From NCBI GenBank assembly GCA_963664875.1, contig OY761611.1, positions 2,784,001 to 2,848,000 on the forward strand: a DNA stretch of 64,000 nucleotides, given 5' to 3'. Positions 30,079 to 39,430 of the stretch are shown here, piece by piece (the first letter of the stretch is position 1; every line of letters starts with the position of its first letter). A program made the translations under genes and the position numbers. Source of the stretch: Candidatus Kapaibacterium sp. (GTDB lineage: Bacteria; Bacteroidota; Ignavibacteria; Kapaibacteriales; UBA2268). Below the pieces are notes generated by a model, which was not told the DNA's origin, did no database searches, and worked only from the letters and a program-made list of their open reading frames with translations.

Positions 30079-30735
30079 ATGCATGAAAAGATAAAATTTA
30101 CAGATGGGTATCAGTTAGAAGTGGGTACTATGTACTGCATAGGTAAAAATTATGCAAAGCATGCTGCTGAAATGGGGGGGGCTGTCCCAAAAGAGCCTGT
30201 TGTGTTTTTGAAACCCCCGGCTGCTTATATCCCGGACGGAGCAGAAATAATCATTCCTGATTTTTCCAATAATGTGCATCATGAGGTTGAGCTTGTTGTT
30301 GCCATTGGTAAAGACGCCACGGATGTCAGTAAAGAAAACGCTTTAGATTATGTAGCTGGTTATGCGGTAGGTATAGATGTAACTTTGAGAGATTTGCAAC
30401 AGGATGCTAAAGATAAAGGAAAACCTTGGGCAACTGCAAAAGCATTTCGTACTTCAGCTCCTATTTCAAAATTTATTCCGGCTTCTGAAGTGGGGGATAA
30501 TAATCTGTTTGATTTAGAGCTCAAAGTAAATGGTGAAATACGACAACAAGGGAACACAAAAGAAATGGAACGTAGCGTAGAAACGCTGATAGAATATCTT
30601 TCAAAAGTATTTACTTTGCGTAAAGGTGATCTGATTTTTACAGGCACTCCGGAAGGAGTCGGACAAATCAACAGTAGCGATACATTAGAAGCCTCTCTTG
30701 TAGGGTATGTTAATCTGAATATAAAAGTAAAATAA
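30079..30735 (+). CDS. Fumarylacetoacetate hydrolase family protein
   Basis: CIGKNYAKH, HHEVEL, DVTLRD, GDLIFTGTP. Confidence 0.93.
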   Translation: MHEKIKFTDGYQLEVGTMYCIGKNYAKHAAEMGGAVPKEPVVFLKPPAAYIPDGAEIIIPDFSNNVHHEVELVVAIGKDATDVSKENALDYVAGYAVGIDVTLRDLQQDAKDKGKPWATAKAFRTSAPISKFIPASEVGDNNLFDLELKVNGEIRQQGNTKEMERSVETLIEYLSKVFTLRKGDLIFTGTPEGVGQINSSDTLEASLVGYVNLNIKVK

Positions 30736-30752
30736 TAACAGCGGATAAGCTT

Positions 30753-32171
30753 ATGAAATTTAGAGTGTTACTATTTGCAATCCTCTCAGTGATAGTATTG
30801 ACCTCGTGCAACTCAATTTCGACACGGACAGAAAAAGATATATATACTATCGCGGACGTAGATACTTTAAAGAATTATGACGCTCTAAATGTACCTGGCA
30901 ATAGAGACAACGGCGTGATATATCCCTCTTCAACCAGAGAAGATTTCCAAAGAGATGTCGTAATGCACGATAGCATAGTCGAAAGAGAGTACCCTGATTT
31001 TATTAGATTGGGACTGTTCGAAGGTGTCGGCTTGTTTGGTGGCGATGGCAATCATGCTCTCGGTGCCGGACTGTTTGGAGTTCATCCCGAACTTGGCAAT
31101 CTCACAGATGGATTTAGAGGTAATAGTGATGCGTTAGTTCCGGGTGGACTATACCGCATTGGTATCATGGAATATCGGCTCCGCTGGTTTAGAGATGCCA
31201 AGAATTGGACAATAGGTACATCACTTTATGAAGCAATCATCCCGGATGCTCGCGGCGAAAATATGCTTACAAGTGTTTTTCCGATTTACTTTAGAAAAAG
31301 ATACTATTTAGATGAAACTATACCTTATGTAGCTGTTACTCCTGCTGTTGGTATAGGTTTGTATCCTTCAATTTATATCAATGCTTCGGTTTCATTTGAT
31401 ATAGGTTCTATAGGTGGGCTTAATTTGAGGGCGTACTTAGGGTATGCCTATGGTGTAAATTTGGAATACACTCCTCAGATAACCAATAATGACTTTACGG
31501 ATAAAACAAATAATGTAAGTGCAGCCTATGCAGGTCTTGGTGTTTCAGTATTAGATTTTCTAAACTTGCCGAAAGAAACTGAAAGAGAATGGAAAGACTA
31601 CGAACACTCTTCATGGGAAATAGGTTTTGCTTCCATCAAATTACTCAAATCAAATTCGGAATATTCTTTATTTACTGACCATAGTATCAATCCTGACTTT
31701 GCTGCTTTTCAGCAGGAAAAAACGGAACCTGCTATCTCAGGTATGATAATCAAACTTGCTAACGCAAAAGTAGCTTTGCCTGTTCTGGACTACAAACTTT
31801 ATGCAGGTACTTCGCTGTTCAATCTTGTCGCATTGGGACAAAATGCTTTTGGCACAGGGATACTACCACTGAGAGTAGGTTACTGGCAGACTCTTATAGC
31901 AGATGACCTAATATTTGAACCATTCCTCGAATTTAACTATCTCCCAACACAGATGATTCATCTGGGTGGTGAGCTAAAGCTTAAAATAGCTAAAGAATTT
32001 AATATTGACCTTGCATTTGGTTATGTAAACGGAAATAATTCTTCTAATGCAGGTAGCTTTTACAGCAAAGATTGGGGGGCTCAGGGCAATTTTTCCGGAT
32101 ATTACATAGGTGTGGGTCTTAATGTACTTGATAGAATATTTTACTCAGAAGAACTGAGATATAACAAATGA
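30753..32171 (+). CDS. Hypothetical lipoprotein with duplicated beta-strand-rich domain
   Basis: LTSC lipobox; two halves ending AYAGLGVSVLD and YYIGVGLNVLD. Confidence 0.75.
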   Translation: MKFRVLLFAILSVIVLTSCNSISTRTEKDIYTIADVDTLKNYDALNVPGNRDNGVIYPSSTREDFQRDVVMHDSIVEREYPDFIRLGLFEGVGLFGGDGNHALGAGLFGVHPELGNLTDGFRGNSDALVPGGLYRIGIMEYRLRWFRDAKNWTIGTSLYEAIIPDARGENMLTSVFPIYFRKRYYLDETIPYVAVTPAVGIGLYPSIYINASVSFDIGSIGGLNLRAYLGYAYGVNLEYTPQITNNDFTDKTNNVSAAYAGLGVSVLDFLNLPKETEREWKDYEHSSWEIGFASIKLLKSNSEYSLFTDHSINPDFAAFQQEKTEPAISGMIIKLANAKVALPVLDYKLYAGTSLFNLVALGQNAFGTGILPLRVGYWQTLIADDLIFEPFLEFNYLPTQMIHLGGELKLKIAKEFNIDLAFGYVNGNNSSNAGSFYSKDWGAQGNFSGYYIGVGLNVLDRIFYSEELRYNK

Positions 32172-32791
32172 TAAAATACTTGTACATAATGCTCATAGTT
32201 GTATTGTGGGGTTGCAATCCGTATGTTTTCGAACTCAATAAATATGAGAAAACACGAATGTACAACATAGCAGAGAATCTCAGCCGCTATGACGCCGTAG
32301 AAAAAAACGCAGATAATGGTTTCATAATTTATGAAGATGCTACAGTTGCTATTCAGACTCCGAGGTTAACTCAGTCAATAAGCGATATGACAGTCAAATA
32401 TTATGGCAACAATCACGGAAATTATTCAATTTTGCTGCGAACAACAGATAATGACTTACCGCAACAAAAGTATATAGAACTCGAGGTCAATTTTGAACAA
32501 TCTGAGATAAGCATCGAAGATTTTGACTCGAAACAAAAAATAACTGTACCCGTAGAGCTTGATTTGGAGCAGGGAAACAGAATATTTGCAATTAATGACG
32601 GAAAACACTTAAAGATATATTGGGATTGTGACGAAATATATAACTATAAAACAAATATTCCTTCGACGGAATACATAATAATTCGGACAGAAAAAAATTG
32701 TAGCTTAGAGGTAACAGGTTGGGAGGTCAGATATCTTTATCAGGACGCAAGATACGAAGGCGCTCTCCCTTACTATATTCTTTTTGAATAA
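32168..32791 (+). CDS. Hypothetical lipoprotein
   Basis: LWGC lipobox; 4-nt overlap with the upstream gene. Confidence 0.7.
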   Translation: MIKYLYIMLIVVLWGCNPYVFELNKYEKTRMYNIAENLSRYDAVEKNADNGFIIYEDATVAIQTPRLTQSISDMTVKYYGNNHGNYSILLRTTDNDLPQQKYIELEVNFEQSEISIEDFDSKQKITVPVELDLEQGNRIFAINDGKHLKIYWDCDEIYNYKTNIPSTEYIIIRTEKNCSLEVTGWEVRYLYQDARYEGALPYYILFE

Positions 32792-32800
32792 AAAAAAAGC

Positions 32801-32827
32801 TAAAGTATAAGAAAATACTGCCGAATA
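32801..32827 (+). promoter_or_regulatory. Sigma28 (FliA) promoter of flagellin
   Basis: TAAA(G)-N15-GCCGAATA versus the consensus TAAA-N15-GCCGATAA. Confidence 0.8.
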
Positions 32828-32856
32828 AGGAAATAGTAGGAAAAGTAAACATTGTT

Positions 32857-32867
32857 GGCAGGATGCC
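32857..32867 (+). promoter_or_regulatory. CsrA-type binding hairpin in the flagellin leader
   Basis: GGCA-GGA-TGCC stem-loop containing CAGGATG; further GGA motifs nearby, including the RBS. Confidence 0.6.
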
Positions 32868-32903
32868 CGGAACCAAAATTATACTAATACACGGAGGTTG
32901 ATT

Positions 32904-33851
32904 ATGCCAACAGCAATTGCAAGTGGTGGAAGAATACGCACCAATATCCCGGCGCAAAATGCTTATAATTCATTGGTGAAATCCAATAACATTATAGCAG
33001 ACAAACAATTGCGCTTGTCAACAGGTAAAAGAATTAACTCGGCAGCTGATGATGTGGCCGGTTATATTACTTCAAGAGCATTAGGTGCAAGAAACGGTGC
33101 TTTGCAGGCAGCTAAAATATCAACAGGCGATGCAAAAAACGTAACATCTATTTCTCAAGATGCACTTGACAATATCAACGGTCTTTTGACTAAAATCAAA
33201 GACGCTGCAGCTACAGCATCTTCAGGTGCGTTAGGCACAGACGAAAAAGTAGCTTTGGCAAAAGGTGCATACAGAATGGCTGAGCAAGTTCAGTTTATCG
33301 TTGACTCAACAGTATTCGGCGGGAACCAATTGCTTAAAGGTGATTATTCCGGGGATTGGGTTGTGGGTTACACTCATGACAACTCAATTTTAGAAATTGC
33401 AGTAGATTTGACTTCATCAAATACCTCAGAATTTAACGTTGTAGGTAGTGGTGCAGGCAACTTTGATTTGAATGCTACAGACAGCTCACTAACTTCATTT
33501 GCAGGCGTGCAAGGCCTAAGCCTTCAGTCTTTGAATGATGTTTCTGCTACAGATTTGGGTATGTTTAGCAAAGAAAATATCAACAGTACGCTTACAAGTC
33601 TATCTGATGCATTAAACAATGTAAATAAAGTAGCTTCATATTTAGGTGGTATCGAGAACAGACTTACTTCTCAGGAAGATTTGCTCAACTCTCAGATTAC
33701 AAACTATAAAGCTGCCATCTCAAGGATCGAAGATGCGGACGTGGCTCAAGAGCAGTTAGAATTAGTGAAAGCTCAGTTCTTGCAACAAACTTCACTTATC
33801 TCTTTGGCTCAGTCAAACCAGAATCCGCAATCATACTTGCAGTTGTTCTAA
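32904..33851 (+). CDS. fliC: Flagellin
   Basis: RLSTGKRINSAADD, LGGIENRL, SRIEDADVA, LAQSNQ.PQ..LQL; GGAGG RBS. Confidence 0.95.
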   Translation: MPTAIASGGRIRTNIPAQNAYNSLVKSNNIIADKQLRLSTGKRINSAADDVAGYITSRALGARNGALQAAKISTGDAKNVTSISQDALDNINGLLTKIKDAAATASSGALGTDEKVALAKGAYRMAEQVQFIVDSTVFGGNQLLKGDYSGDWVVGYTHDNSILEIAVDLTSSNTSEFNVVGSGAGNFDLNATDSSLTSFAGVQGLSLQSLNDVSATDLGMFSKENINSTLTSLSDALNNVNKVASYLGGIENRLTSQEDLLNSQITNYKAAISRIEDADVAQEQLELVKAQFLQQTSLISLAQSNQNPQSYLQLF

Positions 33852-33896
33852 TAATTAGCAAAGTATTTAGGCGATCCTTGTTGCAAAGAGAAAACT

Positions 33897-33930
33897 AAAA
33901 GGCAGGCATAGTATTTGCTTGCCTTTTTTT
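33897..33930 (+). terminator. Intrinsic terminator after flagellin
   Basis: AAAAGGCAGGCA...TGCTTGCCTTTTTTT. Confidence 0.8.
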
Positions 33931-33960
33931 AAAAGGACTAAATATATAAGGATTATACTT

Positions 33961-34326
33961 ATGGCTAATGCAGCACAACAACTTGCAGCTTCAAGGGCAT
34001 ACGGAGGCGGCGGGAGTGGAGACAAGAAAAAAGTCCCTACTTACCTCGAACAGGAAGTAATGTCCTGGAATAAAGAAAAGATTATCCTTAAAATGTATGA
34101 TCTCTTTATAGTAAGTTGCAAGAGAAAGGACGTAACCAAAATGAGTCGCGTGCTGATTGAGCTTATGGGATCGCTCAATTTTGAATACGAAGAAACAGCT
34201 ACTCGCTTATACAGATTATATGAATACTGCCAGAGGTGCATATTCCAGAAAAAATTTGACGAAGCTCTTTACATTATCAAAGAACTTAGAGATACTTGGG
34301 CTAAAGCTTTTGATCTTGAACAGTAA
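33961..34326 (+). CDS. fliS: Flagellar export chaperone FliS
   Basis: YLEQEV, IILKMYD, ELMGSLNFE, LYRLYEY, ELRDTW; adjacent to flagellin. Confidence 0.85.
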   Translation: MANAAQQLAASRAYGGGGSGDKKKVPTYLEQEVMSWNKEKIILKMYDLFIVSCKRKDVTKMSRVLIELMGSLNFEYEETATRLYRLYEYCQRCIFQKKFDEALYIIKELRDTWAKAFDLEQ

Positions 34327-34339
34327 GGAGGAGTAAAAA

Positions 34340-35776
34340 ATGGTGGACTTATTTGGCTTGGCAAGCGGAAATACTTCTTCTACTTCGCAGAGTGATATAC
34401 TTGTTGAGGCGTACAAGCAAACTCAGCAATCCAAGATTGATGCTTTAGACGATAAGCAGGCTGACCTTGAAAAAAGATCAGTATTCTATACTTCTTTAAA
34501 TAGTCGTATCAATAGCTTAGTCAGCACTTTGGATAAGTTCCAGGCAGACGATGTCGAAAGCAAATTTGTTACAAGACAAGTTTCTAATTCGGATACTTCA
34601 GTATTAAGCGTTTCGGCTGACGGCGATGCTATTATTGGTTTAAATACTGTAAAAGTAAATCGATTAGCTACAAATGATGTTCTCATCACTGAGAGACAGA
34701 CTCTCAGTGATGAGTTTGGTTTATCAGGTACTAAAAATTTTACTATCTCTGTCAAAGACAGGGATTTTGATGTATCTGTAGAGTTCGATGGTACTGAAAC
34801 CGTCGAAGAAGCTCTTAAAAAAATTACTAATGCTGTAAATGATATTGGATACGAAGATGAAGACGGCAATGATCAGAAGATTACTCTGTCTGCTTCTTTG
34901 ATTAAAGATACTAACACTACCGGGCGAATCACTTTTACTTCGAAAGAAGCCGGTAGCGAAAATCAAATCAAAATCAGTAATGCTGATAACGATTTGATGA
35001 AAAAACTTGGTCTGAATTCGGTTGTTAACGGTAATGACGGAAATAGGAAGCTCTCTTCGGGAGCCGGTGCCGGTTATCTGAAATCTGACACAGCAGAGCT
35101 TGACTCGCAGGTTACTATCAATGGGATAGAAGTTACTAGGTCTTCTAATACTTTGGAAGATGTATTACCCGGTTTGTCTATCAGCTTGCTCAAACCACAA
35201 GATGAAAATGATCAGCCGGTTACTTTACAAACTGAAGTAGGTACAGATAAAGTCGCAGACTTTATCCAACCTCTTTTAGACAATATCAATAATATTTTAT
35301 CGTATCTTTCTAAAGATAAGTCTTTGTTGAGAAGTGAATCTGCACCTAACAACATATTCTATCAGCTAAGATCGCTTTATTCCGAAAAAGTAGAAGGAAT
35401 AGAGGATGGCGACCCAGAATATCTTTCAGGTATCGGGATAAAGTTCGACAACCAACAGCTCACGATAGATGACGAAGAGACTTTGACGGATTTGCTAAAA
35501 GAAGATCCAAGCAAAGTTTATAATTTGTTTCTCGGAGAGAACGGGATTGTAAGCAAATTAGATAATATGTTCGCGGACATGCAGGGTTCTAATGGCTTGA
35601 TTTTGACAAAAACAAGAAGCCTTCAGGACAGAATAGCAGATAATAAGAAAAAAATTACAGAAACGGAAGAAAGAATAGCTAAACAGGCTGATGCACTAAG
35701 AAAGCAATACGAAGACATGCTACAGGTTTATTACAATGCGGAAGCTCAGTACTCGCAGTTTATGAACTATTCGTAG
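34340..35776 (+). CDS. fliD: Flagellar filament cap protein FliD
   Basis: GLASG N-terminus, VNRLA, INGIEVTRSSNT..DVLPG, C-terminal coiled coil LRKQY. Confidence 0.9.
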   Translation: MVDLFGLASGNTSSTSQSDILVEAYKQTQQSKIDALDDKQADLEKRSVFYTSLNSRINSLVSTLDKFQADDVESKFVTRQVSNSDTSVLSVSADGDAIIGLNTVKVNRLATNDVLITERQTLSDEFGLSGTKNFTISVKDRDFDVSVEFDGTETVEEALKKITNAVNDIGYEDEDGNDQKITLSASLIKDTNTTGRITFTSKEAGSENQIKISNADNDLMKKLGLNSVVNGNDGNRKLSSGAGAGYLKSDTAELDSQVTINGIEVTRSSNTLEDVLPGLSISLLKPQDENDQPVTLQTEVGTDKVADFIQPLLDNINNILSYLSKDKSLLRSESAPNNIFYQLRSLYSEKVEGIEDGDPEYLSGIGIKFDNQQLTIDDEETLTDLLKEDPSKVYNLFLGENGIVSKLDNMFADMQGSNGLILTKTRSLQDRIADNKKKITETEERIAKQADALRKQYEDMLQVYYNAEAQYSQFMNYS

Positions 35777-35818
35777 GCAATAATCTCTGTACTATATTAG
35801 GCATGGAGGGATAATAAA

Positions 35819-36250
35819 ATGATAAATTCTATTGGAAATATATCCTCTCTAATTAACGAAAAGCCAAGTAATGAAAAATTTGGCGAGCCTAAGGTGCGTA
35901 TTTCTGTGGATAAAGAAGATAAGGAGACCATCCAAGTCAAATCTACAGAATCGGATAGCAAAAAAGCATCTTCATTAGCTAAAAGCGTTGAAAAGAGTGA
36001 TGATAGCACCGCCAAAAAAGACTTAGTGAAATTTACTGAGTTGGGCGAAAAACTAAAGCAAATTATGGGCGAAAATAACTTGAGCATCGAATTTGCGATT
36101 GACAAAGAAACAAAGCAGATGGTAGTGAAATTTCTTGATGCTGAAACAGAAGAGGTTATCCAGCAATTTCCTCCTGATGTTACTTTGAAAATTGCAAAAG
36201 TTATAGAAGACCATTTTGGTAACGGTCAGATTACAAATTTCAAGGCATGA
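35819..36250 (+). CDS. flaG: Flagellar protein FlaG
   Basis: IEFAIDKET..MVVKFLDAETEEVIQQFPP. Confidence 0.88.
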   Translation: MINSIGNISSLINEKPSNEKFGEPKVRISVDKEDKETIQVKSTESDSKKASSLAKSVEKSDDSTAKKDLVKFTELGEKLKQIMGENNLSIEFAIDKETKQMVVKFLDAETEEVIQQFPPDVTLKIAKVIEDHFGNGQITNFKA

Positions 36251-36582
36251 TGTACGATATGGAAGAATTGTTTGATAAAATGCTAAGTGCGGCAAATAAG
36301 ATAAATCTGCTCCTGAAAGAACCGGAAAACGAAAAAAATTCTCATAGAATAATCGACCTTTTTAACCAAAAAAAAGAGTTTTTGGAAGCTGCTATAGCTT
36401 TCGGAAAAAAAAATAATAAAGATAATAAAATTTTTTCCGATATTAGTAGTAATAAGCTTAATGAATACAAACGCTTAGAGGAAGAAAATCTTTCCCTTAT
36501 CCAAGCAAGGAAATCGCTCCTTGCAGATAAGCTAAAAAAACAGGCACAGCAAAAGTCCCTGTTGATATATTCGAAAAGGTGA
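36247..36582 (+). CDS. Helical protein, FliT-like by size and position
   Basis: 111-aa helical protein ending in a ..Y.. tail, inside the flagellar operon. Confidence 0.5.
   Translation: MMYDMEELFDKMLSAANKINLLLKEPENEKNSHRIIDLFNQKKEFLEAAIAFGKKNNKDNKIFSDISSNKLNEYKRLEEENLSLIQARKSLLADKLKKQAQQKSLLIYSKR
36417..36443 (+). promoter_or_regulatory. Internal sigma28 promoter for flgM
   Basis: TAAA(G)-N15-TCCGATAT, about 144 nt upstream of the flgM start. Confidence 0.6.
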
Positions 36583-36586
36583 TGCG

Positions 36587-36841
36587 ATGACTATAGACAA
36601 TATAAAAAGTAGTGGGCTTTATAAAGCTTCGGAATCTTCTATAAAAAGTAAATATAAAGACAGCGATAAGTCTCGAGAAACAGAGGCTTCTTCTCTAAGT
36701 CGCGAAGATTCTTTAGTGCTTTCGAGCGAAGCAAAAAAATTGTCCCCAATAAAAGCTAAAATCGAAAGTGGCTTTTATAACCAACCTGATGTGCTACGCG
36801 AAGTAGCTCAAAAATTAGTAAAAGAGTTCAATTTAGAATAG
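36587..36841 (+). CDS. flgM: Anti-sigma28 factor FlgM
   Basis: DSLVLSSEAK...IKAKIESGFY...VAQKL pattern, 84 aa. Confidence 0.75.
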   Translation: MTIDNIKSSGLYKASESSIKSKYKDSDKSRETEASSLSREDSLVLSSEAKKLSPIKAKIESGFYNQPDVLREVAQKLVKEFNLE

Positions 36842-37057
36842 TACTTATTGAACTCTTTTATTTCTATTCCTCAAAATAATTACCCGACAGTTCGGTCTAT
36901 TTATCATATTTGAAATGCTCTGCCGTTAGTTTTTTCCATGTGTAAAAAAAAATTTCATTCAAACCGTCTTATATTTTTTTTAATTAAGATTTGTTTTGTA
37001 TTTTATAGGTAGAGTTAGGGTGAGTTTAAGTAAATATTATAGTTTGGAGAAAAGCGT

Positions 37058-37507
37058 ATGTCGAGAACACTAAACAAAGTTATGTTGATTGGAAACGTTG
37101 GGAGAGATCCTGAGCTTAAATATACGCCAAGTGGTATTCCTGTAATTTCTTTCCGCCTTGCTACTTCCGAAACTTGGAAAGACAGAAGCAACAATCTGCA
37201 GGAACATACAGACTGGCATACTGTTGTAGCTTGGAGAGGGTTGGCAGAAGTGATACATAAGCTTGTTACGAAAGGTTCAAGAGTTTATATCGAGGGTCGC
37301 ATACAGACACGCACTTTTGACGATAAGACCGGAAGCAGACGACATGTGGTAGAAATTTTGGCAGATAATATGTTGCTGCTAGAAAACAAGAAAAAAGGCG
37401 ACTATGGTGATTACAGAATCAGAGATTACGCTTTGGATGATATTGATTTTGAGACTACATACTCTGATCATGATGCACCACCGGAACCTACCGATATGCC
37501 TTTCTGA
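37058..37507 (+). CDS. ssb: Single-stranded DNA-binding protein
   Basis: LNKVMLIGNVGRDPE, VYIEGRIQTR, acidic C-terminus DMPF. Confidence 0.96.
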   Translation: MSRTLNKVMLIGNVGRDPELKYTPSGIPVISFRLATSETWKDRSNNLQEHTDWHTVVAWRGLAEVIHKLVTKGSRVYIEGRIQTRTFDDKTGSRRHVVEILADNMLLLENKKKGDYGDYRIRDYALDDIDFETTYSDHDAPPEPTDMPF

Positions 37508-37543
37508 TTTTGAAACTAAATAGTACAATAAACGTTTTGGAAG

Positions 37544-37572
37544 AAAGCCTTACACGGCTTTTTTCCTTTTTT
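37544..37572 (+). terminator. Intrinsic terminator
   Basis: AAAGCC...GGCTTT plus T-run. Confidence 0.55.
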
Positions 37573-37771
37573 TTATTATATTTACATTTTAGTATAGAGC
37601 AGATGAGTCAATAGATAATTGCTGCAAGGTTTTTATATTTTGCAGCATGGGACTAAACGATTCATATCTAAAATATGGGCTTCAAAGTTAGTGTTAGAAT
37701 ATAATTTCTTACTACAATATATGTGCTCAGCTTGACTTTTCTATGCTACAATACATCAGGAATAAATAAAT

Positions 37772-38719
37772 ATGAACGTGTCGAGAAATACTGAAATTAA
37801 GGTGGGGATTGTTTCTCTTGCTGCTTTGATACTTTTGATTTTAGGGATTAGCATGGGTAAGGGGCTTAGATTTTCTGCCGGCGAATCGATTATTAAACTT
37901 CGTTTTCCTGCTTCGGGCGGTATTCAAGCTTCATCGCCCGTGGTAGTAAACGGAGTCGATAGAGGCGATGTCAAAAGTATAGAAAACAATAATGGCTCTG
38001 TGCTTATAACTGCATCTATTGATAATATTGATGATTTGAGAGAAGATGCTCATGCGAGGATTACTATCCTTGAAATCACAGGTGGCAAGAAGATAGAAAT
38101 CTTCCCCGGGACTTCACCAAATAAACTAAAAGAAGGAAGCGAAATACAAGGAACTACACCTCCTGATTTATCCGAGCTTGTTGCCTTGTTTGGAGAAGTA
38201 AGCGGAGATGCCATAGGTTTGGTAAGAAGACTTGATACCATCGCTGCCGGAGTAACATATCTGCTCGAAGACGGAAAGTTGGCTGATGATATTAAAGTTA
38301 CGGTAAGCAATCTGAAAAATGTTTCTGCAAACGCAAATACTTTGTTAGATGACAATTACAATAATATCCAAAATTCTCTAAACAATCTGGCTATTATTAC
38401 ACAAGATCTAAAAATAGCCATAAAAAATAACGAGCCGAAGGTTTCTAATATCATTGCGGAATTAGAAAATACTATCAAAGATATTAAGCCAATTATCAAT
38501 AAAACTGATAATGCAATCGCAAATGCAGATAAGCTTATTCTGGATTTGAATAGCATCGCTTCAGAAGTTAAAGACGGAGAAGGTTTTGCCAATAAACTTA
38601 TTTACGACAAAAAGTTTGCAGGCACCCTTGATTCTGCCCTGACTGATATTTACAAATTTATCAAGTTTATAGAAGAGCACGGTGTAAATGTTAATCTAAG
38701 ACTTGGAACAAGACCTTAG
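37772..38719 (+). CDS. MlaD/MCE-family protein
   Basis: EIKVG plus TM, GIQASSPVVVNGV..G.V, helical C-terminus. Confidence 0.88.
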   Translation: MNVSRNTEIKVGIVSLAALILLILGISMGKGLRFSAGESIIKLRFPASGGIQASSPVVVNGVDRGDVKSIENNNGSVLITASIDNIDDLREDAHARITILEITGGKKIEIFPGTSPNKLKEGSEIQGTTPPDLSELVALFGEVSGDAIGLVRRLDTIAAGVTYLLEDGKLADDIKVTVSNLKNVSANANTLLDDNYNNIQNSLNNLAIITQDLKIAIKNNEPKVSNIIAELENTIKDIKPIINKTDNAIANADKLILDLNSIASEVKDGEGFANKLIYDKKFAGTLDSALTDIYKFIKFIEEHGVNVNLRLGTRP

Positions 38720-38767
38720 TTTGTATTATTAGTAATTATTAAAAAAGATAACACAGAGGCAAAAAAT

Positions 38768-39427
38768 ATGAGTTTTAAACCAACTGAAATTTCTGATGAT
38801 ATATATGGCTTTATATTAGATAATTACTCTGCTGAAGATGATTTCCTCAAAAATCTAAGGTCTGAAGCAAGCAAAGAGAATATCCCTGAAATCTGCATCT
38901 CTCCTGACCAAGGAAACTATATGCAGTTTCTCATCAAATCTGCCGGGATTAAAAATATACTCGAGATAGGCACTCTTGCGGGCTATTCCGCTATTATTAT
39001 GGCTCGGGCTTTGCCGGAGGGTGGGAAAATTACAACAGTTGAGAAAAGCGAAAAGCATGCAGAATTTGCTAAAAAGAAAATATCTGAAGCAAATTTGAAC
39101 GATAAAATAGAGGTAATTGTATCAGATGGGAAGGATTATCTTAGATCTGTGGATTATAAAGAGCATTTTGATTTAGTTTTTGTAGATGCAGATAAGGCAT
39201 CGTATCCACAGTATTTAGATATGACTACTCCAATGCTGAAGAAAGGTGGAATATTCGCTGCAGATAATGCTCTTGCCTTCGGATGCCTGATGATGGAAGA
39301 GCCAACACGCAATCCTAAGCAGGTGAAAGCAATCTTGGAGTTCAATAAATATTTTACTCAAAAGGAAGAGTATTTCACTCATCTTTTGACTATTGGCGAT
39401 GGACTAATAATGGGTTATAAAAAATAG
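38768..39427 (+). CDS. SAM-dependent O-methyltransferase (family 3)
   Basis: ILEIGTLAGYS, FDLVFVDADK, ADN, GDGL. Confidence 0.92.
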   Translation: MSFKPTEISDDIYGFILDNYSAEDDFLKNLRSEASKENIPEICISPDQGNYMQFLIKSAGIKNILEIGTLAGYSAIIMARALPEGGKITTVEKSEKHAEFAKKKISEANLNDKIEVIVSDGKDYLRSVDYKEHFDLVFVDADKASYPQYLDMTTPMLKKGGIFAADNALAFGCLMMEEPTRNPKQVKAILEFNKYFTQKEEYFTHLLTIGDGLIMGYKK

Positions 39428-39430
39428 ATT

